From: Methylotenera sp.
Lineage (GTDB): Bacteria; Pseudomonadota; Gammaproteobacteria; Burkholderiales; Methylophilaceae
Length of the DNA: 64,000 nt
Assembly: GCF_029945705.1 (NCBI RefSeq)
Contig: NZ_JAQSDC010000047.1
Span: forward strand, 41,921-105,920
Direction of reading: 5' to 3'
The translations under genes were made by a program, and so were the position numbers. Positions within the stretch are counted from its first letter, which is position 1; each line of letters begins with the position of its first letter. The notes under the pieces are model-generated. The model was not told the DNA's origin and made no database searches. It saw nothing but the letters and a program-made list of their open reading frames with translations. Positions 18,918 to 28,307 of this stretch are shown piece by piece.

Positions 18918-19418
18918 ATGAGAATTAAATTTCTTACTTTCTGCTTAACTTTGTTCTTGGTTTTAAGCCTACCCGCGGTTGCCGAAGCTAATCAAACTCA
19001 AGCTGCCGATATGGCTTATTTGCCTAACGATATATTCTCTGGGGCCAAAACCTTCATTCCTTTTGCCGATTATTACGCCAATCCAATAACGTTGGATGGT
19101 GGTTTGAATATTAACAATGCCCTTACTCTGTTCGGATATACAAAACCCCGGTCACTTGACGCTAGCAACCTTAGTGACTTTTTTCAGAGTGACGATTCAC
19201 AGGGTACTCCTTCTACTAAGCTGGGTTATGGGCGCACTCATGAAGCATTTTTGAGCGCTATTTCAAGAGTATCTTCAAATGGGAACGATAACTTTGTAAA
19301 TTACGCGGTATCGTCTGTTAGCCGAAACATTGAAGTTGGTTCTGAACCAGAAACCTATAGCATGATGTTTGCGGGGCTAATATTGATGGGGTTTGTTGCA
19401 CGTAGACGTACGAATTAA
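18918..19418 (+). CDS. PEP-CTERM-like sorted protein with variant motif (GSEPET)
   Basis: N-terminal signal peptide; C-terminus EPETYSMMFAGLILMGFVARRR (motif, TM, basic tail). Confidence 0.75.
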   Translation: MRIKFLTFCLTLFLVLSLPAVAEANQTQAADMAYLPNDIFSGAKTFIPFADYYANPITLDGGLNINNALTLFGYTKPRSLDASNLSDFFQSDDSQGTPSTKLGYGRTHEAFLSAISRVSSNGNDNFVNYAVSSVSRNIEVGSEPETYSMMFAGLILMGFVARRRTN

Positions 19419-19452
19419 TTTAGATTGAATGACGCCGCTTTGATTGAAAGTG

Positions 19453-20136
19453 CTAGAAGTAGCCTTTAGCATAGTTATTAATAACCGCTAGCGGTTCGCG
19501 CAATGCGCCCTTGAATGCCATGCCCCAACTAATCCAACATTGACTTGGTGCTGCGGCGTAACCCACATTAATTTTCCTCCCCAAGTGGCCTGCTTCTACT
19601 AGCTTCTTTACTCGCCACATATGGTATGGCTCAGAGACAATGATAATGTTTTTGATACCAGTAGCCTCTAAGATAGGGAGCGAAAATGTTAAATTCTCTA
19701 ATGTAGAGCTAGAGCGTGATTCAAGCAATGTTCTCCCTTGAAAACCTTTGTTTCTGGCGTGAGTCTCCATCGTTAGTGCTTCAATACGATTATCCTCGTA
19801 ATCCAAGCCGCCAGACATTAACAGTGTGCTTACCAAGCCTTGTTGAGCTAGCAACAAGCCTTCATCTACGCGACCAGTGAGGCAGGGGTTAGGTTTGCCG
19901 TATAAATAAGCACGATTGCCTAAAATGAGAGCGGCATCAGCGGATTGTGTGGGTGGGGTTTTGATGAGTTGCTTGGCATAGCTGCCAATGGTGATAAAGA
20001 TGCTTAAATAAACTAATGTTCCAGCTAGAGCGCAAATGTATAGCGATTTGCGCAGCCAGCGGGGCAAAGAAATGAGATTTAGTAACTGCCCCATACTGGT
20101 CAAAATATTCCCTAGAAATTTTGATAGTCTGGACAT
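19453..20136 (-). CDS. YdcF/DUF218 (ElyC/SanA-like) protein
   Basis: ADAALILG, LMSGG, EALTM, ESRSSSTLEN, IVSEPYHMWR. Confidence 0.88.
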   Translation of the reverse strand: MSRLSKFLGNILTSMGQLLNLISLPRWLRKSLYICALAGTLVYLSIFITIGSYAKQLIKTPPTQSADAALILGNRAYLYGKPNPCLTGRVDEGLLLAQQGLVSTLLMSGGLDYEDNRIEALTMETHARNKGFQGRTLLESRSSSTLENLTFSLPILEATGIKNIIIVSEPYHMWRVKKLVEAGHLGRKINVGYAAAPSQCWISWGMAFKGALREPLAVINNYAKGYF

Positions 20137-20154
20137 CGTTACAAGTGCTATAAA

Positions 20155-21573
20155 TTACTTATTAAGTCTTAATCCGCCTAGTAGTGCAGCTACAGGTGCT
20201 TTATTACCAATAATCTGTTTGGTGGTAACGCCAGAACTAGTGGGTGCAATTGAAGCCTCATAAGGCTTGTCAAACCAAGGGTCGCTGCTTTTCTTTTTAG
20301 GAGGCATGCGTTTAGTCGCACTTGCATCTTGCGCATGATTTGATTTATAACTGGGCTCTTTGCTACTTGTTGAGCGTGCTTTACTGCTTGGTTTGTCAAG
20401 CGCAACGGTCTCTTTTGGAATTTGGCGTTTAATCAGTTTTTCGATTTCAACGATATATTTATCTTCTTCTGGGCTCACAAAAGAAATGGCAATACCTAAA
20501 GCGCCAGCGCGGCCTGTACGACCGATACGGTGTACATAATCTTCTGGTGCACTTGGGATTTCATAGTTAATCACCATCGGTAATTCGCTAATATCTAAAC
20601 CACGCGCGGCAACATCGGTTGCAACTAAGGCGGTGATAGTACCTGCTTTAAAACCATCTAAGGCTTTAATACGTTCTTGTTGTGTTTTGTCGCCATGAAT
20701 CGCATCGGCGGCAATGCCTTCACGCGCTAAGCTACGGCTTAGGCGGCTGGCGGTAATTTTGGTTTTGGTGAATATAATCACTTGGCTTGCATTGGCAGCT
20801 TTTAATAGTTGTATTAACAGCGTTTCTTTATCACTTTGCGCGACTTCGTAGACTTTTTGTGTCACGTTATCATTAGTCGCATTGCTACGCGCGACTTCAA
20901 TCAACTGAGGTTTTGTTAAAAACTCATCGGCTAATTTTTTAATGTCGTTTGAAAATGTGGCAGAAAACATTAAATTTTGACGCTGCTTAGGTAGCAACGC
21001 CAAAATTCTTTTTAAATCAGGCATAAAGCCCATGTCTAACATTCTATCGGCTTCATCTAGTACTAAAATTTGTACCTGATTTAGCTGAATAGTTTTTTGC
21101 TCAATATGATCCAACAAACGGCCAGGCGTGGCGACCAAAACCTCTACACCCGTTTTAAGATGCGGCGTTTGGGTTTTGATGTCAACACCACCATAAACTA
21201 CAAGAGAACGTAGTGGCGTATGTTTCGCATACGCTTTTACACTTTCCTCTACCTGAATTGCCAGTTCACGCGTTGGCGTTAAAATCAACGCGCGGACTGG
21301 GTGTTTTGCAGGTGAAGCACTTGCGCTTGCCAGTGGCAGTAATTTTTGTAACAAAGGTAGCGCAAACGCTGCAGTTTTACCTGTGCCAGTTTGTGCGCCC
21401 GCCATTAAGTCGCCCCCCGCCAAAGCCACAGGGATTGCCTGAGCTTGAATTGGCGTAGGTTTGGTGTAACCAGACTCTGTTAGCGCTTTAAGTAATTCTG
21501 GCGCTAAACCTAAATCTGTAAATGCGAGATTGTCTAAAATTACTGTTTCTGTCATTGGTTGGGTACTGTTCAA
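20155..21573 (-). CDS. DEAD-box RNA helicase, RhlE-like
   Basis: Q motif PTPIQ, AQTGTGKT, PTRELA, DEAD, SAT, HRIGRTGR. Confidence 0.95.
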   Translation of the reverse strand: MNSTQPMTETVILDNLAFTDLGLAPELLKALTESGYTKPTPIQAQAIPVALAGGDLMAGAQTGTGKTAAFALPLLQKLLPLASASASPAKHPVRALILTPTRELAIQVEESVKAYAKHTPLRSLVVYGGVDIKTQTPHLKTGVEVLVATPGRLLDHIEQKTIQLNQVQILVLDEADRMLDMGFMPDLKRILALLPKQRQNLMFSATFSNDIKKLADEFLTKPQLIEVARSNATNDNVTQKVYEVAQSDKETLLIQLLKAANASQVIIFTKTKITASRLSRSLAREGIAADAIHGDKTQQERIKALDGFKAGTITALVATDVAARGLDISELPMVINYEIPSAPEDYVHRIGRTGRAGALGIAISFVSPEEDKYIVEIEKLIKRQIPKETVALDKPSSKARSTSSKEPSYKSNHAQDASATKRMPPKKKSSDPWFDKPYEASIAPTSSGVTTKQIIGNKAPVAALLGGLRLNK

Positions 21574-21594
21574 TTAAGGTTGACGTCAAATAAC

Positions 21595-23427
21595 TTAAGC
21601 GAAGCTACGTGGGCGACGTGGAGCACCGCTACCACCAGCATTCGCGTTGCCGAAGCTACGTGAATCGCTATTTGCGCGTGCTGGACGGCTGTCACGTGAA
21701 GGTGCGCTTGAACGATCACCACGAGGTGCGTCATTGCGGCCTTCATAACGAGCGCCTAGCACACGGTTATCACCACGGTTTGCATCTGGGCGGTTACCAC
21801 GGCTATCACGGTTGCCTTCGCTACGTGGAGCACTTGCGCCATCACGTGAGAAAGGTTTTTTGCCGAAAGCTACGCTATCGCCAAAGCTGCGGTTAGGTGC
21901 GCCTGCATTTGCACGGTCACCAAAGCTGCGGTCGCCGCTTGGACGCTCAGAGCGGCTACGATCGCCACTTGAGTTACGATCACCAAAGCTACGTGGACGG
22001 TCACCAGAAGGTCTTTCTGAGCGGTTGAATTCAGGTCTAGCTGAGTTACCATTAGTTTCACGCGGCGCTGAATCACGGTTGCCACGATTTTCATCACGGC
22101 TACTGCTGTCACGGCTAAAGCTTGGACGGTCGCCACGAGGCTCACTATTACGGTTGTTAAAACCACCACGGTCATTACCACCGCGGTCATCACGTGGTTT
22201 AAAGCCTCCGCGACCACCTGGTTTATGTGCATCACGGCGAATATCGCCACGATCACCACGACCATTACTCGGACCATCCATTTTCATTGCACGTTTTGGC
22301 TCAAAACCTTCAACTACACCTGGCTCCATACGGTTGCCAGTGAATTGCTCAATTTTACGTAAGATATGACGATCCATATTTGACGCGAAAGAAATCGCAA
22401 TACCCGTTTTACCAGCACGACCAGTACGACCGATACGGTGTACATAATCTTCAGCAAATTTTGGTAAGTCATAGTTAATCACGTGGCTGATACCATTAAT
22501 ATCAATACCGCGGGCAGCAACATCCGTTGCCACTAATACTTTTACATCGCCTTGACGTAGTTTAGTCAATGTACGGTTACGCGCACCTTGAGTCATGTCG
22601 CCATGTAAAGCGGCTGTTTTGTGACCAGCAGCGTATAAATCTTCAGCTAATACATCACAATGGCGTTTAGTGCTGGTGAAAATAATCACTTGGTTAACTT
22701 CAGGTGCAATCAACAAATGCTCAAGTAATTTGTTTTTATGTGTCATGTCATCAACATAGTGCAAACGTTGCTCAATGTTGGCATGTTTTTCTTTTTGACC
22801 AGCTACTTGGATTGTTTTTGGATTTTTAAGAATTTGTTTCGCTACGCGTGCAATGTCGCCATCTAAGGTTGCAGAGAACAATAGTGTTTGACGCTCAGCT
22901 GATAGTTGCTCACAGATACGCTCAACATCAGGCAAGAAGCCCATGTCTAACATACGGTCTGCTTCATCTAATATCAACATTTGCAAACGTGATAAATCGA
23001 TACGACCACGTTCCATATGGTCAAGTAAACGACCTGGCGTTGCCACTAGAATATCTAATGGTTGTGATAGTAATTTGTTTTGTAATGGGTAAGGCATACC
23101 GCCTACGATACTCACTGTACGTGCGCGGATGAATTTACCGTATTTACGCGCAGCTTCGTTCACTTGTGTAGCAAGTTCACGTGTTGGTACTAATACCAAG
23201 ATACGTGGGCCGCGGCTTTTTAGTTCGTGTGGAGTGGCTAATAAATTTAGCGCTGGCAACATAAATGCTGCAGTTTTACCTGTACCAGTTTGGGCAGAAG
23301 CCATCAAATCGTGGCCTGCAGTCACAACAGGAATGGCTTGTGATTGGATAGCGGTTGGTGTGGTGTAGCCAGATTCTTCAATTGCACGAAGTAAGGCGTT
23401 ATCAAGATTTAGTGATTCAAAAGACAA
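21595..23427 (-). CDS. DEAD-box RNA helicase with long R/G/D/S-rich disordered C-terminus (likely TTG start 23427)
   Basis: All DEAD motifs; GAAAGGGA RBS 5 nt before the in-frame TTG at 23427; about 230 aa low-complexity tail. Confidence 0.93.
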   Translation of the reverse strand: MSFESLNLDNALLRAIEESGYTTPTAIQSQAIPVVTAGHDLMASAQTGTGKTAAFMLPALNLLATPHELKSRGPRILVLVPTRELATQVNEAARKYGKFIRARTVSIVGGMPYPLQNKLLSQPLDILVATPGRLLDHMERGRIDLSRLQMLILDEADRMLDMGFLPDVERICEQLSAERQTLLFSATLDGDIARVAKQILKNPKTIQVAGQKEKHANIEQRLHYVDDMTHKNKLLEHLLIAPEVNQVIIFTSTKRHCDVLAEDLYAAGHKTAALHGDMTQGARNRTLTKLRQGDVKVLVATDVAARGIDINGISHVINYDLPKFAEDYVHRIGRTGRAGKTGIAISFASNMDRHILRKIEQFTGNRMEPGVVEGFEPKRAMKMDGPSNGRGDRGDIRRDAHKPGGRGGFKPRDDRGGNDRGGFNNRNSEPRGDRPSFSRDSSSRDENRGNRDSAPRETNGNSARPEFNRSERPSGDRPRSFGDRNSSGDRSRSERPSGDRSFGDRANAGAPNRSFGDSVAFGKKPFSRDGASAPRSEGNRDSRGNRPDANRGDNRVLGARYEGRNDAPRGDRSSAPSRDSRPARANSDSRSFGNANAGGSGAPRRPRSFA

Positions 23428-23899
23428 AGTAGTCCCTTTCAAAAGCTGTTTCATAAAAACAATAAAAAGGGCGCTAAGTAAAAACGGGCATATCATTTGA
23501 GCACATGCAATTAGTTGAGCATATGTTCAAGAGCAATATAAACGCAGAGAATATTTGGTTTAGTTAAATTAATCACTTAAAGCCGAATGAACGACATTTC
23601 GTTTTAACTTAATAATAAACAAGCTAATATAATCTTTACCAGCGCACGGGCACAGCCGCTAACCAGTAAAAATTAAATTCAAACTTGCGAATTTAACCTT
23701 TTGAATAGTTGCTTCAATATTTCACGAGCAACAGAAGGGTCAGGGCAATGATTCAAGCATTACAAAGTTGCCGTAATGCGAATGAAGCGCGCAGTATAAC
23801 CATTTAAAACAGAATGTCAAATAATAATTGTATTAGTGAAAGGAAATAGGCGTTTATTGTGTTAAAATCGCCGCCTTTCAATAGAACTGGTAGCAATTC

Positions 23900-25708
23900 A
23901 TGTCTCGTAATTTAAGAAATATCGCAATTATCGCCCACGTTGACCATGGTAAAACGACTATGGTTGATAAACTTTTACATCAAGCAGGTACGTTTACAGG
24001 ACACCAAGTAGTGTCTGAACGTGTTATGGATAGTGGTGATATTGAAAAAGAACGCGGCATTACCATCTTGGCTAAAAATACAGCCTTGAACTATGAAGGT
24101 ACGCATATTAACGTGGTAGATACCCCAGGTCATGCTGACTTTGGTGGTGAAGTTGAGCGCGTATTAGGCATGGTGGATGGTGTTGTTTTATTAGTGGATG
24201 CCGTTGAAGGCCCAATGCCGCAAACACGTTTTGTGACGAAAAAAGCTTTAGCGCTTGGTTTAAAACCAATCGTGGTAATTAATAAAGTTGACCGTCCAGG
24301 TGCGCGTACGGATTGGGTTGTGAACCAAACTTTTGATTTGTTTGCTAACTTAGGCGCCACTGATGAGCAGTTAGATTTCCCAGTGGTTTACGCATCTGCA
24401 ATCAATGGTTATGCCATGTTGGACATGAAAACACCAAGCGACAATATGCGCGCTTTGTTTGAAACGATTTTAAGCCACGTAGCGCCACCAGTAGGTGATA
24501 ACAGTGCACCACTTCAATTACAAATTTCTGCATTAGATTACTCTACTTATACAGGTCGTTTAGGCGTTGGTCGTATCACTAACGGTAAAATCAAACCTGG
24601 CCAAGCCGTGACAGTGATGAATGAAGATAAACAAATCGCTGTAGGTAAAATCAACCAAGTGCTTGGTTTCCGTGGTTTAGAGCGTGTTGCGGTTGAAGAA
24701 GCTGAAGCTGGCGATATTGTAATTATTTCTGGTTTAGATGATATTGGTATCGGCTTCACTGTTTGTGACCGTGAAAATCCAAAAGGCTTGCCACATTTAG
24801 GCGTGGATGAGCCAACCTTGACCATGGACTTTATGGTGAACACTTCACCATTAGCTGGTACAGAAGGTAAATTCGTTACTTCACGTCAAATTCGTGACCG
24901 TTTAACTAAAGAGCTTTTAGTGAACGTTGCTTTGCGTGTTGAAGATACTGAAGATGCAGACGTATTCCGCGTTTCAGGTCGTGGTGAGTTGCATTTGACG
25001 ATTTTATTAGAAAATATGCGTCGTGAAGGTTTCGAAATGGCGGTAGGTAAGCCAAAAGTAGTTTACCGTGAAATTAATGGTGAAAAATGTGAGCCGTATG
25101 AAATCCTTACGGTTGACGTAGAAGATGAGCATCAAGGTGCAGCGATGGAGGAATTAGGTCGTCGTCGTGGTGAAATGCAAAATATGGAGTCAGATGGTAA
25201 CGGTCGTACGCGTTTGGAATATAGAATCCCAGCACGTGGTTTGATTGGTTTCCAAGGTGAATTTTTAACAATGACACGCGGTACTGGTTTGATGGGTCAT
25301 GTGTTTGATGACTACGCGCCAGTAAAAGCAGATATGCCAGGCCGTCGTAACGGTGTGTTGATCTCAGCTGAAAGTGGCGAAGCGGTTGCTTACGCCCTTT
25401 GGAAGTTGCAAGATCGCGGTAAAATGTTCACAGTTCCAGGTGATAAATTGTACGAAGGTATGATTATTGGTATTCACAGCCGCGATAACGATTTGATTGT
25501 TAACCCAATCAAAGGTAAACAACTGACTAACATTCGTTCATCAGGTACTGATGAAGCGGTGCGTTTGATTACACCAATCGCGTTGTCATTGGAATCTGCA
25601 GTTGAGTTTATTGATGATGATGAGTTGGTTGAAATTACACCAAAAACTATTCGTATCCGTAAACGTTACTTGTTAGAGCATGAGCGTAAACGTTCAATTA
25701 AAGGTTAA
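23900..25708 (+). CDS. typA: Translational GTPase TypA/BipA
   Basis: [45 protein letters not shown]. Confidence 0.98.
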   Translation: MSRNLRNIAIIAHVDHGKTTMVDKLLHQAGTFTGHQVVSERVMDSGDIEKERGITILAKNTALNYEGTHINVVDTPGHADFGGEVERVLGMVDGVVLLVDAVEGPMPQTRFVTKKALALGLKPIVVINKVDRPGARTDWVVNQTFDLFANLGATDEQLDFPVVYASAINGYAMLDMKTPSDNMRALFETILSHVAPPVGDNSAPLQLQISALDYSTYTGRLGVGRITNGKIKPGQAVTVMNEDKQIAVGKINQVLGFRGLERVAVEEAEAGDIVIISGLDDIGIGFTVCDRENPKGLPHLGVDEPTLTMDFMVNTSPLAGTEGKFVTSRQIRDRLTKELLVNVALRVEDTEDADVFRVSGRGELHLTILLENMRREGFEMAVGKPKVVYREINGEKCEPYEILTVDVEDEHQGAAMEELGRRRGEMQNMESDGNGRTRLEYRIPARGLIGFQGEFLTMTRGTGLMGHVFDDYAPVKADMPGRRNGVLISAESGEAVAYALWKLQDRGKMFTVPGDKLYEGMIIGIHSRDNDLIVNPIKGKQLTNIRSSGTDEAVRLITPIALSLESAVEFIDDDELVEITPKTIRIRKRYLLEHERKRSIKG

Positions 25709-25731
25709 TTCTTATAGAGTTAGCTTTAAAT

Positions 25732-25761
25732 AAAAAAACCCAGCTGAGTGCTGGGTTTTTT
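25732..25761. terminator. Bidirectional rho-independent terminator
   Basis: A7-CCCAGC-TGAGT-GCTGGG-T6 between convergent typA and cytochrome genes. Confidence 0.88.
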
Positions 25762-25826
25762 ATTGTCTTAGTTTTTGGCGGCTTAACCATTAATGATAAA
25801 CAATTGCCAATGATTAAGCTGTTGGT

Positions 25827-27464
25827 TTACTTTGGTACTGGTAAAGACTCATGCATCACATGTGAGTCATGAAAGTCATGGCAAGACATGCAGCTACTCG
25901 CAATGCGTTTAGGCTTTGGGCTATTGCCAGAATGACAGCGTAAGCATGATTGGCGGTCAGGCATTGCGACATCTGCACTGGAGTCAGACTCTTCTACGGC
26001 ATGGCAAGACTGGCATTTTTGAGTTTGATGCGAAGCGTGATTAAAATGCGCCTTGCTGAACCAATCTTGGTTGATATTCAACGGCGCTACGTGCCATGGC
26101 AAGCCATCATCAGAATTGGTCTTAACTTTAGAATCAATCTTTACTTCTGTTTTAGTTTTAGCTTTAAAGTCATTTATCTCATGGCAATATGCGCAACCAT
26201 CTGTTTTTAAAGACTCTGAGTAATGTGCAAGTTGTTTAGGTGCTTGAACCTTTAGGGCATTCATCACGTTTTGCTCTGAGCCATGCGGCACAGTGATGAG
26301 CGCCTCTGGAGGCCCCATTGTTAGCTGGTTGGCATGACACGTCATACAATCGCGATTATAAGAAACTGGTTTAAAGCGCATTTCCTTGCCTTCTTGCTGA
26401 TGGCAATTTGTACACGTCATTTCGCGTACATCCCAAATGCCATTTGGCCCCTGAACTTTACCAAAATGCTGAGAGTGTGGAAATTTGATGCCTGACTTCT
26501 CGACTAGTCGTGCTTTATCAGTTTGTGAGATACGCTCAATTTTCTTCTCTTTATCCCCTGTTAAAAACGTGAGTTTAAAGGCAGGGTGATCACGATCAAA
26601 ATCATGAATGTTCGTTAGCTTGGTATGGCTGTCAACCGCTTTAATATTGCCATGGCACCTCACACAAGTGCTGTTATCTTGTCGCGCCAGTGGATACGGC
26701 GACTTATGTTCGCGGTGACATTCAGCACAGCGTATGCCATCCATAAACAGCTTATTGTGATTAAATACTTGTTCTTGTAACTTTGGATTGGGAATATGTG
26801 GGGCAACATTACTATGACATTTTATGCAGGCTTTGTCGGTCACTTGTTGAGTTAATACCTCATGGCAATTAAAACATTGTGAGCCAAAATGCAGGTGTGA
26901 ATTAGAAATATGTCCAGGGCTCCATGCACGGTCAAAGCCTAAAGGGAGCTTCGCCATTGTTGCATGGAGATTAGGAATCAGATTTTGCGCTAATGGTAAT
27001 GCTAGAAAAATAAGTGCAATAAATGCTACTAGCGCTAGCGCTAGTCTTTTTTTAAAGGTTGATGCGCCTCGAAGTGGTTCGTGTGTTCGTGCTTTTAAGT
27101 CTTGGAAGTCATCGGGCAAAAGATGCACTAATGTTAATGACACTGCAATATTCACATCAGGCGGAGCAGGCTCGACCCTTAATTGAAAAGGGCCAATCAT
27201 CACTTGCGTACCGTGCGTGAGTGCAATATTTTGTAATATCGCACCATCTACTTCAAGCTCACCATTGACCGCCACCAAATGCAGCTGTTCATCATCTAAG
27301 CGTTTGATCACGGCATGATGCATAGAAATACGCGGATCGAGTAAATGAATGCTACATTCGGCACCTCGTCCAATGGATAACTCTTCTGCGGTGAGAGTGC
27401 GATAGCTACGCACGGGCATGCCGCGCTTATTATGTGAAATTTTGATTAAAAGACAATTAATCAT
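25827..27464 (-). CDS. FHA domain - TM - decaheme cytochrome c
   Basis: FHA motifs IGR, D..ISMHHA, NG; TM LALALVAFIALIFLALPLA; ten CxxCH (CFNCH, CIKCH, CAECH, CVRCH, CTNCH, CMTCH, CAYCH, CQSCH, CLRCH, CMSCH). Confidence 0.88.
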   Translation of the reverse strand: MINCLLIKISHNKRGMPVRSYRTLTAEELSIGRGAECSIHLLDPRISMHHAVIKRLDDEQLHLVAVNGELEVDGAILQNIALTHGTQVMIGPFQLRVEPAPPDVNIAVSLTLVHLLPDDFQDLKARTHEPLRGASTFKKRLALALVAFIALIFLALPLAQNLIPNLHATMAKLPLGFDRAWSPGHISNSHLHFGSQCFNCHEVLTQQVTDKACIKCHSNVAPHIPNPKLQEQVFNHNKLFMDGIRCAECHREHKSPYPLARQDNSTCVRCHGNIKAVDSHTKLTNIHDFDRDHPAFKLTFLTGDKEKKIERISQTDKARLVEKSGIKFPHSQHFGKVQGPNGIWDVREMTCTNCHQQEGKEMRFKPVSYNRDCMTCHANQLTMGPPEALITVPHGSEQNVMNALKVQAPKQLAHYSESLKTDGCAYCHEINDFKAKTKTEVKIDSKVKTNSDDGLPWHVAPLNINQDWFSKAHFNHASHQTQKCQSCHAVEESDSSADVAMPDRQSCLRCHSGNSPKPKRIASSCMSCHDFHDSHVMHESLPVPK

Positions 27465-27467
27465 GAC

Positions 27468-28298
27468 TTACCAATAAAGAAATACAGCAATGATATGCAC
27501 TACCATGGCAGCTAGTAGGGCAACTGCAAAGGGTGTGTGAAAGTAAAGCCAAAAGCCAAGTCTGGCTCGGTACATTAAATCTTGTCTAGCGCGTTTGACT
27601 AAAGACTGTCGCCGCACCATGATGGAATATAGCTCGCGATACAACTTACGTTGCTCGCCAGTTAAATGGTTACCAAGTATTGTCAGTTTTTCTACGGCAA
27701 CAGCGGTTGGACAATCTGGTTGATAGCCTCTTAGTTGCTCGAGTAAACCAGTGCCAATATAGGTTTCTCGGCATGCGCGATCTACCGTGAAGTTGATGTC
27801 GTCAGGCATGACTAAAGCAATCTGTCGAGCGAGCTTATCTGTTTCTGCAATCCGCAATAGCAGCCCATCTAAGCTATCTTCACCCATATTTTCGGTCATT
27901 AATCGCGGGTATATCATATATGCATAGTTGCCAAAAAAACCACTGATAACGACAATTATCAATAAAGCATAAGTGAGACTGTGAACATTGATACCAAAAT
28001 GAAAGCCACTGTGGAGCGTGGCGGTGACTGTGAGTGCTGTACCTAGATAAATATGGGCGGATAACCATCCTTGTGTTGAGCCGCTACTTCGATAGCGACG
28101 TTTGCGCACACCATACCATGTCATCCAAAACACTAAAGCGGCCGAAACTGTGCCCAAACCATAACCCAGCCAGCTTCCACCATAATAACCAACAGCGGGT
28201 TCAAATAGCATATAGGCTGTTACCGCAATAGCGATGACGATGATGGCTAGCTTGAAGTAGCGATAGTTTTTGTAGTCGAATATATTGCCGCGCTGCAT
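27468..28298 (-). CDS. Integral membrane protein, putative diheme cytochrome b
   Basis: About 5 TMs; two helices each with His pairs 14 residues apart (HIYLGTALTVTATLH, HTPFAVALLAAMVVH). Confidence 0.7.
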   Translation of the reverse strand: MQRGNIFDYKNYRYFKLAIIVIAIAVTAYMLFEPAVGYYGGSWLGYGLGTVSAALVFWMTWYGVRKRRYRSSGSTQGWLSAHIYLGTALTVTATLHSGFHFGINVHSLTYALLIIVVISGFFGNYAYMIYPRLMTENMGEDSLDGLLLRIAETDKLARQIALVMPDDINFTVDRACRETYIGTGLLEQLRGYQPDCPTAVAVEKLTILGNHLTGEQRKLYRELYSIMVRRQSLVKRARQDLMYRARLGFWLYFHTPFAVALLAAMVVHIIAVFLYW

Positions 28299-28307
28299 GA
28301 AGTTTCT

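Noticed and set aside
21609-22369. Several 95-185 aa alternative-frame ORFs
   Set aside because: Shadows of the GC-rich, stop-poor helicase tail; no RBS or family motifs.
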